A stretch of 61,734 bases of DNA, counting the filler, from Squatina squatina (Eukaryota), in assembly GCA_031763465.1 (NCBI GenBank). It is 4 parts of 3 records of this genome, joined end to end, with 100 filler letters (N's around TTAATTAATTAA, not from the genome) between each part and the next. Parts side by side here need not be neighbours in the genome. Positions count along the whole stretch, not along the records: positions 49,234 to 61,734 come from JARFOE010000001.1; 3 more parts are not named here. One strand, given 5' to 3'. Numbering within the stretch: the first letter of the stretch is position 1; every line of letters begins with the position of its first letter. Shown piece after piece: positions 49,134 to 60,661 of this stretch. The position numbers and the translations under genes were made by a program. The notes beneath the pieces were generated by a model. It worked only from the letters and a program-made list of their open reading frames with translations. It ran no database searches and had not been told where the DNA came from.

Positions 49134-49233
49134 NNNNNNNNNNNNNNNNNNNNNNNNNNNNNNNNNNNNNNNNNNNNTTAATTAATTAANNNNNNNNNNN
49201 NNNNNNNNNNNNNNNNNNNNNNNNNNNNNNNNN
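49134..49233. other. Artificial scaffold linker
   Basis: 44N-TTAATTAATTAA-44N. Confidence 0.97.
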
Positions 49234-49319
49234 TTGTGGGTCTTTTCTTGGCTGTCAGGGTTAGGAAAACATTTTATGAGACAAGCAAGTGTTGAATTAT
49301 AAATTGAACTAAAATAAGA

Positions 49320-49770
49320 GCCTGGTGAGGTGACCCAAGGTGGACACTGCATACAGCCTGTAGTTTAAACATGGCATCGTGGGAAAGGTCCTGAATCTCC
49401 ACATAGACGCAGCCAACAACCCCCCCAAGCCCCTGAGAAGCCTAACAGGGCATAGAGCCACTGCAATGTGGCACCCTATTAATCCTCATATTTTTGCATA
49501 GTGAACAAGTCTGGATGCCTGAGTTATGAGGGAATCTGTGACCTCCTGGATGCAATTAGATATTTTTGACTGTGTGAGATGCCTGTGTAATCACTCCCTG
49601 TCTGGAAGGTGCCTGTGGCAGAAAAATTCATGGCTGCAATTACCTCCACAGCTACATGCAATGCAGTGACTCCGAGAGAGAATAATTCTAGGTCAGCATT
49701 CAACACTTGACAGATGTCAGTAAGAGTGTCTCCGCTGAGAAGGAACTGTCACAGACACTAATTCTTTGTT
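49320..49770 (-). mobile_element. PIF/Harbinger (HARBI1-like) transposase relic
   Basis: Minus frame TDICQVLNADL...TALHVAVEVIAAMNFSATGTFQTG..GISHS (cf. ALxFYxSGSFQ...GISQ), then GFSGAWGVVGCVYV (cf. GFPxVxGAIDCTHV). Confidence 0.75.
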
Positions 49771-50444
49771 ATGGGCGAGTAATTGGTTTTTGGTCTGGTA
49801 ATGGAAATCTCTCCCAGATTATGCTTCTGTATTCTTCCTCCATTTCTGCCTTTGCTGCTGAAAAGCATCAGCGATTAAATCAAAGCCTGCTGTCATATGG
49901 GACACTACCAAACTCACCAAAACAGCAAGAAGAATGAATGTCTGATTGCAGCATTTAAACTGACTTCAATTGTGAATCCATGTGCATGTCACTTCAATAG
50001 TAATTTCACACAATAAGATTCAACACAGGAATTTGTATCCTACTTTTGCCCGAAAAATTTCAGGGAATTTCGTCAAAACTTCTCTCAATTTTCCTATAAC
50101 TTTGGTGGAAGTAAATAGGGCTCCTGCCAAATGTCCGAGTGGGAGAGGTTCCGAGAAAATTCCCAGCGGTGATGTAATATCAATGACTTGTGACCTATTT
50201 CTTTCTATTTGGTCTGACATGCTCTCATCTGTAGCATTATTTGCAGTATAAATAATATATAGCTGTGCCTTTGCCCCAGTGCCAAATTAGGGATAAGAGA
50301 GGTGATCTTGCCATCTCCCTGATGGTACGTTGTAACTGAGCCACAGGGGCAAGGCAGGTTTCAGGCTCCATCCCCAGTCAGTGCCAAGATCTCAATTAGA
50401 ATGGTGTGGAGCACCAATTGGCTTCACCAGCAGGTGAATATCCA

Positions 50445-50722
50445 AAAATCTCTCGACCTCTGTCTTGAATATACTCAATGACTGAACATCCACAGCTGTC
50501 TTTCGTAGATAATTCCAAAGATTCACAACCTTTGAGTCAAGAAATTTCTCCTCATCTTAGTTCTAAGTGGCCGACCCCTTATTCTGTGACTGCGACCCCA
50601 AGTTCTAGACTCCCAAGCCAGGGGAAACTTCCTCCCAGCATTTGCCCTGTCAAGCCCTGTAAGAATTTTCTATGTTTCAATGAGATCACCTCTCATTTTT
50701 CTAAACTCTGGGAATGTAGGCC
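50445..50722 (-). mobile_element. CR1 3' part, cut by a MITE insertion
   Basis: tgtcttgaatatactcaatgactga...tttcaatgagatcacctctcatt. Confidence 0.85.
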
Positions 50723-50723
50723 T

Positions 50724-51302
50724 AGGGCGCCCAATTCGTGGTTTTCTTTTAGCGTTAAAATGACGTTAAATGTGCGCCAAGTGCTTAATGCTGACTTATA
50801 ACGTTAAGCTTTTCGGTGCAAAATTCATCTCCCGTTAACGCCGGCGCTAAACGGGCGCTAACCCCTTTAGGCCACAATCTCAAGTTAGAGAGAGTCCCGA
50901 TAATGTCATCAGTGGGCGCAACGCCCAAAATAGAATAACGCCATAGAATTCAACAAGGCTACAGTGCCTTAACTTTAGCGGTGTCAAAACCCTGGGCGCC
51001 CAATTCGGGGGTAAACTTTTGGCGCAAAAGCCACGCAAAATGGATGTACGTACACTTTGGGTGTCCAAACGCGGGCACAAAATTTGGGTCCTGTTCGCGC
51101 TGGTGCAATATGGGCGCAAGGCCTCTAAGGCTCCAAGCGCTAGCTGAAACTTAATCGCGGCGCTATGACATCATAAGTGTGCACAGTGCCCAAAATGGCC
51201 GCCCGTCCGAAATTCAACAGTGTCGGTGTGCACTAAATCCAGCGGTGACAACGCCTGGATTTTTCAGCGGGGACACGGGCCTCAGCTCAGAGAATCCAGC
51301 GT
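50724..51302 (+). mobile_element. Harbinger-like MITE composite
   Basis: GGGCGCCCAATTCG occurs at about 50725 and again at about 50995; the first part matches 25900-26166 in inverted orientation. Confidence 0.75.
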
Positions 51303-51402
51303 AAGTGAAAGAAAGCAGTCAGATTAGGCTCCATTTTATCTTTGCTCCATGACTTCACTCTGAGCCCCTGCTGGCCTGGCTTCTACCTATCTACCTACCT
51401 AC

Positions 51403-51524
51403 CCTGAGCTGTGTGTGAACTGAGCAGGGAAGGGAGCTGTCTGTCTGCCTGCCTTGTGAACTGAGCAGAGAAGGGAGCTGTGTGTGAACTGAGCAGAGAA
51501 GGGAGCTGTGTGTGAACTGAGCAG
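51403..51524. repeat. 28-bp minisatellite
   Basis: Unit gtgtgtgaactgagcagagaagggagct, about 4 copies, running into a gap. Confidence 0.9.
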
Positions 51525-54104
51525 NNNNNNNNNNNNNNNNNNNNNNNNNNNNNNNNNNNNNNNNNNNNNNNNNNNNNNNNNNNNNNNNNNNNNNNNNNNN
51601 NNNNNNNNNNNNNNNNNNNNNNNNTGTTTGCTCCCAATGAACAGTTCACTATTAGGGGACGGCGTTAGGTCAAACGCTGTCCACCAAAATGCCAGGCCAC
51701 CTTGTAATGAGCGCTTGCAGGCAATTTAATGGTAATCAGTCCCTTAATGATCCTCCAGACAGTTGTTCCGAGCACAAGCTTCATCTCCTATATCAAGATG
51801 GTGTTTTGCGCTTAACGCAGGCTAAATCAGCATTTCAGCTTAAGACTCCACTTTAGCAACCTCGAAGGCTCTTTAGTGCCTACAGTCTCCAAGGAAAATC
51901 ACCCCCATGGCTTTCACTTTGCGCTGTGCAATCCATTGCTCTGTGAGCAATTGCACAGGCCTAACAGCAAAAAAACTAATTATAATTCTCAGGCCCTCTC
52001 TGCTGACAATGCAACACTGGATCCCAGGGACTAACAGGTGTCCAGATTTGCAAAGATGCAAACGGTAGAAAATACACCAGCGGACTTATTTCCCCTCATT
52101 TGCATCTTGCTTCCCAGCACCTGCAGCCATATTCTATGTCTATTCTATGTGGCTGGGCTTGTGTGGCGGGAATGCAGGCCAAGGCCCCCAATTATCCATT
52201 CCCAGCAGTCCCAGGGAGGGGTGCCCGGTGAGAAATCCCAGTCATGGTCTGGCTGGCTTACAGGAAGGCAAATGTCGTTGTCACTCGCAGATTTAGTGTG
52301 ATAATGTCCCTCTATTTGGTGAAGCAGTACATAATGCCAGCTGCATGACGTGGTATGTTTACTGCAGGGCAATTTAATGTGTAGCATCCGGAGCAATAAC
52401 TGCCTACGTTAAAGTAAGCCTGAGGCTATTCTCCCCATCATGTTATCACAGAATTTATAAATTCAATTCTCTTCAACAAAGTCACTGATGCCTTAAAGGA
52501 TTTCAGTTCCATCAGGTTTTATTTCAGTGTTGTTCTACATTTAATAGCTAATTGTAAGTCTGGCTGCATCAGTCTTTTACTATGCAGCAAAATGTGGCCC
52601 TATTCGTGCCTTCTGCCCAAACCCCTCGCAATAATGCTGCAAACATCAGGAGACATTAATGGTTGGTCTTTTTACTGCATCAGCATTTAAAAAAAAACAT
52701 TTACTGCACCATGAAAGTTACATCAGTATTTATGCATCGGCCTAAGCACCTGGACTGCCATTTTCTGCATGCTGGTAATTGGGTATAAAAGCCCTGTTAG
52801 CAACAGTCTGGATATGGGGCTCGCAATGGCTACAAATGACTTGGGGCTTGCTCTTGCAATTCATTACATCACCTGGACCCCTTGATTGTGTTAATGCTGT
52901 TCAACTCCCTCCGAGGTATCCATTATTCTATATATAGTGCAGCGTCTCGTATAACAAATTAGGCCTTTTACTGCATTGTGTTATCCCTTATTGGATTAGC
53001 CGCTTCAAATTTCATTTGTTAAATGCGGTGTACATTTGTACTGCAGCTCGAATTGAAAGGAGCTTTGAGCTACTTAAGGTGCCGGGCCTATCAATATTCA
53101 TTCAGCCTCATAATCAGAAATGATGATATTGCGGCGACATCCATCTCACTTTTGTACTTTGTTTCCTTCACACACACAGCAAACTGCTGCAGAGATGATT
53201 GTGTTGTCACTGTGGTACTAAAGTTTAGTCGCGCACAATGCACCAGCTGCTGCTCTCCTCAGCGTGACGCCCTCGCNNNNNNNNNNNNNNNNNNNNNNNN
53301 NNNNNNNNNNNNNNNNNNNNNNNNNNNNNNNNNNNNNNNNNNNNNNNNNNNNNNNNNNNNNNNNNNNNNNNNNNNNCTGTCTCTCATACCATGGTGGAAC
53401 ACTTGGAAACTATAACATTAGTAGAGAGTGAGAATGAATTCTACTGTCGCTATCACCAGCAGAGGAACATCTGCAGCCACCCACATTAAAGGTCAACCTC
53501 TTTGTCTTTCACTTAACCATGAATGTGACCGAGTCTGCCCAATTCTTTATAAATAAATACAGGATATCGGATTTCCTGGTGAAATGCAGGGCTTCACTTT
53601 TTCAGTCAAACTGCTTGTTTCTGTCCCACTCCAGCATTGCACATTTTATTTTCCCCCTTCCTGGTATTTGATCGAAGTCACGTAACTGAACTTGACGACT
53701 GTGTTAATGAGAAAATGGAGAGTCATGACACAGTGCCAATATTTGAATGGCAAAATCTGCATGGGAAATCTCTCTGATGGAAGAAAAAACAAAAGATGCG
53801 TAGGAGTGTGTTTTGGACAGTATCAGCGTCTGGGGTCTCTGGTGACTGTCAGCAGCTTTGTTTTTGTGGTTTACGATACCTTTCCAAACCCCTTCAGCTT
53901 TGTGTTGCAGCTTTGTAATGTGCTCTCCTCATCTGTCTCTTGTTCCCCACATAAAGGCTCTTGTGAGGAATTCTGTGGAGTGGCTACAGGCTGTAGCAAA
54001 TCACTTCTCCATGGTAGATTGCAACTCATTGAATAAACTCGTATGATAACCATGTGAAAAATTTCCCATATATGGAGTACATATTCAACTCCAGATGACG
54101 GCAC

Positions 54105-54345
54105 CAGCCAGTGTAGTACTAAGCAATGGAAAGCAGAAGATCCCAGGTTCGATTCTTTGTCTGTGCTGAGCCGGCTGCTGACAGCTGGGCAGCAGAAAGG
54201 GTTCCACAATTGTTCTCAGTGCTCTTGAGCGAGGAGCGGGGGAAAAAAAAGTATCGACAAAGGGTCTCGCTCCTGATCATTATCCAGTATACCTGCTGGA
54301 AGGTATGTGCATGCAGGCCTTGAGTGAGGACAGAATTGGTCTCTG
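54105..54345 (+). mobile_element. Old tRNA-derived SINE (third family)
   Basis: B-box-like cccaggttcgatt; related pieces at about 7600-7740 and 50320-50430. Confidence 0.5.
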
Positions 54346-54720
54346 CGTCGNNNNNNNNNNNNNNNNNNNNNNNNNNNNNNNNNNNNNNNNNNNNNNNNNN
54401 NNNNNNNNNNNNNNNNNNNNNNNNNNNNNNNNNNNNNNNNNNNNNNNNNNCGTCTAGTTTTTTTGTCTCTCCTAGGAGGTCACATGGTTTCAAGTGGGTT
54501 GGGGAATGATGCACAAGTTGTGTGGGCAAGGCTGGATTGACCAGGGGGCCTTTTCCTGTCCATCATTGTTCGTGTGCTGTAATAATTCTGACTTCAAATA
54601 TCTTTGAAATTGTTCAAAAGTGACAGAGGTTTGTGTGGAGATCACTGCCTCCGTGTGGATGCTGTTGATGCCGAGCAGTCACATGTGATGTAGTCTCTTT
54701 AAGCGCCTCTTTTTATAGTT

Positions 54721-54754
54721 TACTACTTGACTACTGGACTACTGGACTACTTGG
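54721..54754. repeat. Short (ACTACTGG)n tandem repeat
   Basis: tactacttgactactggactactggactacttgg. Confidence 0.7.
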
Positions 54755-55524
54755 TGAGCACCAGGTGCTGGTAGGATTATTATCCGATATATTTCAGACA
54801 TAAATGAAATATAATCTCCATGAACATAATGTAATGTTATAAATATCTGTGCCACTGTCTAGTCTAAAGTCTCAACACTTTCTTTCGGAGGCCAAAGGAA
54901 GGGGAAGCACAGCACTGCCCCAGAATACATTTGTACATCGGTTACCATGGAGCCCTTTGTATAGACAGACCCAGCCAGAACACTTTTTTTGGTAGCGTTT
55001 TGTTAATGAACACGTTGAATGCAAGTCAGCCTAGTTGAGGGCCAATCCTTGTGTGTATAAAGGGATTTGATATAAATACCAGCAGGAGAAATCCAATCTG
55101 TCAGAACAGTGAGATTCTGCTAATAGACGCACCATGTGCTCCTCCGCTCTGTCAGTGTTCATTTTACTCCCCCTAGGGTGACTGTGAAAGCCCCTTCAGT
55201 GTTAGAGACAACCCAATACCATCAGCTTGCATACAGTCAATGGTTATATTAAGAGCTGGCACTCGGTCCACAAATTTTATTCGGGTTATACTAGGCAAAC
55301 ACTCCCAGGATAGTCAGAGTGAATGTGATTACNNNNNNNNNNNNNNNNNNNNNNNNNNNNNNNNNNNNNNNNNNNNNNNNNNNNNNNNNNNNNNNNNNNN
55401 NNNNNNNNNNNNNNNNNNNNNNNNNNNNNNNNCACTCGTCCCCAGTGCATTACCCAGTGCAGACCCCTCTACTAACCTAACCTCTAACGAACGCGTAGTG
55501 TCAATCTCTGAGCTGGTGTCTGCA

Positions 55525-55641
55525 AAGGGTGGAGTAAGGCCGGAGAATGGGACTAAGTGAATAGTTCTTTCAAAGAACTGGCACAGGCGGATGGTCTGAA
55601 TGGCCTTCTTCAGTGCTGTAAAATTCAAAGATTCAAAGATT
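55525..55641 (+). mobile_element. CR1 3' tail
   Basis: ctttcaaagaactggcacagg...tgaatggccttctt, ending in (attcaaag)2. Confidence 0.8.
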
Positions 55642-56587
55642 GCAGGTTGAAAGGATTTTGTAAACCAGCACCTCTCAATTTTACAATTTCTTGTCTGAAC
55701 CAGTCAGTTACTGTTTGAGAAAGAAAATGTTTGTGAAAAAGTTAACTTCAAATGAGTTCAAACAAGAGACAAGTATGGTTTACTATCAAACTCAATCTTC
55801 TTCTATAAACCCTTTCTGAAAAGGAATGAAGTTACTGCGGCTTTCAGATGAACAGTTCTTTTTGCAGAAAAGATTCCTCTGCACAAATTCTCAGTTTGTT
55901 GGCCAACAAATTCTTTCTTTCTCAGATAAAGATCAGCAGAAAGAGCCAGATCTATTCTGTAAAATGCAGCGGATAATTAGATGCTGAAATAAGAGTTTGA
56001 ATTATGGAAAAGAAAAGAGGAAATGCTTGTTTGAAATCTATAAGTAAAACAAATGGAATATTTGATGTGGTAACACTTAATTGTTTTGACTGTTTTCTGC
56101 CTGAAGCCATGTTTATATTTAGTTTAAAAGTTCTTTTTTCTTGACACAAACTTTATTCATATCGGAATGATTAATTTCATGCCCCCCACTCCCCTTTATG
56201 TCTCTTTCCAAGGGTTTAATTTGTTCTTTAGTTCACTGGTTGCATGTTAAAATGCAGTTAATTGTTACTCCTGCTTTCCTTAATATACTTGCAGGGACAC
56301 ATATGTTTACTCAATGCGCCTTCTTGGAAGGCAATCAGAACAAACTGGGATTAATGTTGCTAAAGTTCCCATTACCCATCCTTATAAGCATGAAAACAAT
56401 GGAAATAATGCTTAGTGCGTCAATTCAGCTCTGAAGTCCGAGTGCTGATGGAGGGAGCGAGCATCCCAAAGAAGTGCAACATTACCTNNNNNNNNNNNNN
56501 NNNNNNNNNNNNNNNNNNNNNNNNNNNNNNNNNNNNNNNNNNNNNNNNNNNNNNNNNNNNNNNNNNNNNNNNNNNNNNNNNNNNNNN

Positions 56588-56745
56588 CGCTGGGACTGCG
56601 CATGCGCAGTGCGTTCTGTGCCGGGGCTCGAGTGGACATGAAAAACCGGGATATTTGAGCAATTTTGAGATAAGTGTCGGGACACTGGGACATTTCCTCA
56701 AAAACCGGGGCTGTCCCGGCAAAACTGGGACGTCTGGGCACCCTA
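56588..56745 (-). mobile_element. hAT (Blackjack-like) element end
   Basis: Reverse complement TAGGGTGCCCAGACGTCCCAGTTTTGCCGGGACAG with repeated subterminal GGGAC motifs. Confidence 0.7.
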
Positions 56746-57397
56746 GTATTGGGATGTGATTGGACCATTCAAATGACCTGGCCCATCAAATGTGAGTGTA
56801 CTGAGGCCTGGACAGCTGCAATGCCCCTTGGGTATGCTGTGCATAGCCAAGACCAAGGCAGAAGGCGCAGGGGGTGGGGGTGCGGGGAGGGGGCAGGAAT
56901 ATCAGCTGGCTAGTCTTTCCAAAAGTTACATGCATGTGAAAGCTTATCCCAATATCTCGTGCAGAGTCATTGTGTGATCTCAGGAGACGTTCCAGAACTA
57001 AATATGGCTCTAATGTAACTATAGACCCACATATATATAAAAACTCCTGCTGCTGTCCTACTGGAGGGAGAGTATCTTACCTTCTGTACAGTAAACTAAA
57101 TGTGAGTTTTGCAGACTTCACCAGTTGAAAATTCCTTCAAATGGTCCAATATTGTATTTTTAGGTTTTACTTGCAAACTCATCTGGGAATTTTAATTGTT
57201 TTTCATGCAGTTCAAGTGAAGGCAGTTTTCTATATCAGTTCGTACAACAACAATTGGTGGAAATTGGCTTGTAAATAAATGCCAGAATGTTGTGTTCCCC
57301 CATGTGATACGTGATTATCTGAGATACAAATAGTTCTTGCATCATCCATTATGTGGGCATACAACACATACACTGGACTGAGCTAAATAAAATGCCC

Positions 57398-57960
57398 AGG
57401 GGTAGAAATTGCACCTCATTACCACTGTTTTACGGGAATAATATGAGCTCAACGAGGGCCAATTTCGGGACCAAAGTCCAGCGCCCCAAGGATGGCTGCT
57501 GGAAGTCCAGCCTGAAAATGGGTTGGGCCACTTTTCAGGTATTCCCGGGTAGCCGCCTAAAGCAGACGTTAAGCGTTAGGCCTCTTACACTTATAAATGA
57601 GGAGCCTTTTGCCTGTTTTAGGCCCTCTTGCAGAAATTGGATTGTGATGTGATGAGCTGAGCAGGCACCAGAACTGCTCCCTTCAGGATTCTTCAGAGGC
57701 CAGCGTAACCTAGACAGCCCGGCGACAAAAGGCGATTTCTCTGACAAAATCTTTCAAAAATAGCTTGCTGTGTAGCCAGAAGTAGCAGAAGTATCCGCAC
57801 CCCCTCCTCCCCGACTCCATAGTACTTGCAATTGGCCCTTTGTCCATTGCCATTCCACCCACCCCAGCTCCTGTAGGACTTATTTTAGGGCTGTTGTTGT
57901 CGAGGCAAGCAGCCCGACATTTATCTATTTAAAATGGGCAAGCTGCCTGTGGAGGAGTTA
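57398..57960. mobile_element. Harbinger-like MITE composite
   Basis: Starts ggggtagaaattgc with an internal gagggccaatttcgggacc (cf. 8214) and the shared cgcctaaagcag...ttaggcc motif. Confidence 0.55.
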
Positions 57961-57984
57961 CAGGAGGTCTCACTCTCCAACCCT

Positions 57985-58288
57985 GCGTCAGTTAGCTCCT
58001 AATGGGAGACAAATTACACACTAGGAGCTTTGTTGGAATATGTAATTAGATCAGATCCCAGAAGATTTGTTAGGATCTGACTTGTCAGTCCCATACAGTC
58101 GCTGAGTCAATGAGCTCCCTGTGGGTGGTGAATTAAACACAAGAAGCTTGACTGTAATTCGGTGCGATCCCAGAAGGTTTGTTGGGATCTGATATGCAGC
58201 GTCAGACGGGCACATAATCTCGCATCGTCCTTAAATCAGTGAGCTCCCTATTTGTGGCAAAACCACACCAGGAGCTTACTTTAAATAT
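57985..58288. repeat. Degenerate tandem triplication (unit about 110-130 bp) with internal hairpins
   Basis: gatcccagaag-tttgtt-ggatctga occurs twice; gtca..(t/g)agctcc...acac..(g/a)gagctt occurs three times. Confidence 0.7.
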
Positions 58289-59057
58289 NNNNNNNNNNNN
58301 NNNNNNNNNNNNNNNNNNNNNNNNNNNNNNNNNNNNNNNNNNNNNNNNNNNNNNNNNNNNNNNNNNNNNNNNNNNNNNNNNNNNNNNNGGACAGACAGCA
58401 TTGGGTTTGTTTTTCATTCCCCCTCCATTGCCCTCCTGCCAACACTCACTGTCTGGGCTCACACAGTATGGCAAAGGGAACCATACCCCAGCAGCAGTCC
58501 CTCGAGGGGGAGTGGGAATTCGGGAAAAAAAAACCAATTCATATCTTTTAAAACGCAGAAGTGAAAACATCTCCACATGTTGCACGGTGCACAGGAAAAT
58601 CAGCACTTGCGATTAATCTCCAAATACCTCATCCCCTCAGGCATGTGAAAACATTCTTATCAAAAGGGCTGTTCATTGGTTTCTGCACACACTGCCAACA
58701 AAATGTAAGCTTTTTTCCTTGATTGATGATAACCATGCTGGAATGTACCTTTGAGTTACATTGTGTTGTGCATTTCTTTTTAAATCAAACATGGTTTCAG
58801 AGGCGTCTTGATGTCAGGGCCCAGTATGACTATTCTTGCAGTTTCCTGTTCTGCTACGTGTGTGGTAGAAAGGAGAGGAGTGACAAAATATTTTGGTGTA
58901 ATATTGCAATCTGTAATAGTTAGAAGTTAGGCGTTGCCTTTAGTAATTTTTTAAAATGTTTTCTCCACCAATTTTCTCCACCTGTGCTCATCTCTTGGAA
59001 GTGTTTGATTACTTGGTGAAGTTCAGTTCTGTAGGTGGGAGCACCTTCGAGTACCTT

Positions 59058-59100
59058 GGTCAAGTGGTCCCACTCCAGGGACTTGAGCACAAAATCTACA
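59058..59100 (+). mobile_element. DeuSINE head fragment
   Basis: gtcccactccagggacttgagcacaaaatcta. Confidence 0.7.
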
Positions 59101-60108
59101 TTTCCTTTATTACAATAACNNNNNNNNNNNNNNNNNNNNNNNNNNNNNNNNNNNNNNNNNNNNNNNNNNNNNNNNNNNNNNNNNNNNNNNNNNNNNNNNN
59201 NNNNNNNNNNNNNNNNNNNCTCATCTCGGGTTCAAATACAAGCTGCCAACAGGACAGGAGCAGAGAAAGATGTGAGTGGGGAAATAGTAATGACAGGGTG
59301 TATATGTATGCTATGGGGGTGGAGATGTCAGGGCCGGTCCTGTTTGCTGACAATTGTGGGAATTGTGTGCATACGATGAAGAAAATTGAACCCAGGAGGT
59401 GTCAGCGGCAGTTAATGGGTTTCACTGATCTGTGCTGGAAATACATATAAGACCAATAACAGGCTGCAGTTCCAGGGTGGGGGGAGGGGAGAATGCCAGT
59501 TGTCAATGGGCTTGATTTCAATCTGTTGCTACCCTCTGAAAGATAAAGATTGTCATTGTTAGAGTGCTGCTTTCATTTCCGACGAGTGAAGAGAAATTTG
59601 AGGTGAAGAGAAAATAAAAAGCTACAATGACTTAAGCACCAAGTTCACGGAGTGTCTGATAATGCTGTCCTTATCTTCTTCTCACAAGCAGCCATTGTAA
59701 ATTGATCCATCATCGCTAACAAATGCAACAACTTTGTTGTATAGCTAAGCCTTTTCTGAAGATTAAGAAGCAAAGGGGAAAAAATTAGAGCAATCTAAAT
59801 AAGAATAAATTGCTACATTTAAAATAAAGGGATGAATTTTTATTATTGGGTTTTTTTTCGGTTGCACACTTGAATTAAAAATAATTTTTATAGAATATAT
59901 TATAAGTATGAAACTATTAATCAAGTGTATTTTCTAACTGGATATCTTTGGAGGGGGGAGGTGGGAATGGTTTCAATAAATCTGTCTGCATACTATAGGG
60001 TGTGATGCNNNNNNNNNNNNNNNNNNNNNNNNNNNNNNNNNNNNNNNNNNNNNNNNNNNNNNNNNNNNNNNNNNNNNNNNNNNNNNNNNNNNNNNNNNNN
60101 NNNNNNNN

Positions 60109-60200
60109 TGTACAGCACAAACAGACCATCCAGCCCAACTAGTCCATGTTGGTGTTATGCTCCTAGATGAGCCTCCTCCCACCCCTAATTCAGCATCATC
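60109..60200 (-). mobile_element. CR1 3' tail
   Basis: gtacagcacaaacagaccatccagcccaac...gagcctcctcccaccc. Confidence 0.7.
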
Positions 60201-60319
60201 TCTGAATGGGTGTAGGGGGTGCCCAGGCTGTCCATTTACAATTGATGCCCAGATACATGATCTCTGCCTCTCTTGGGTGAGCCTCCATGAAATATATATC
60301 CTTGAACCTGAATTTTTTT

Positions 60320-60450
60320 TGAACTACGGGGAATCGAGAGTTATGGGAACAGGCAGGAAAGTGGAGTTGAGGCCAGATTCGGATCAGCCATGATCTCATT
60401 GAATGGCAGAGCAGGCTCGAGGGGCCGAATGGCCTACCCCCTATGCCTTA
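60320..60450 (+). mobile_element. CR1 3' tail
   Basis: gatcagccatgatctcattgaatggcagagcaggctcgaggggccgaatggccta. Confidence 0.85.
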
Positions 60451-60546
60451 TTAGCAGAAGGATTCCAGAATCTTGAAGTGTTTGGCTGTGTAAATGACAC
60501 TTGCTGTGGAATAATGTTCTCAAAGCTTGTTCTGTTTTTTTTGCAG

Positions 60547-60661
60547 GTGTTGCTGAGTCCACCAGTTAAAATATCACTGGGCTTGTTTCAGTGGAGTGCT
60601 GCAAAGTGCCACTCAGCAAGATGCTTAGCTGAAGACACAACTGCGTCCTGCCAAAGAAAAG
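60547..60661 (+). other. Candidate exon, coding status unknown
   Basis: Strong splice sites ttctgtttttttgcag| and AAG|gtaaga, 115 nt; only open frame is VLLSPPVKISLGLFQWSAAKCHSARCLAEDTTASCQRK. Confidence 0.35.

Noticed and set aside
51403-51524. CRISPR-like array
   Set aside because: Head-to-tail 28-bp minisatellite without unique spacers, in a vertebrate context with no cas genes.
52140-52460. Second Harbinger transposase relic (DATH- and NR..YH.LN-like traces on the minus strand)
   Set aside because: Too degraded to support by eye; would need BLASTX.
57082-57182. Minus-strand exon-like segment with ag and gtaaga ends
   Set aside because: Stop codons in all three frames and a poor pyrimidine tract.
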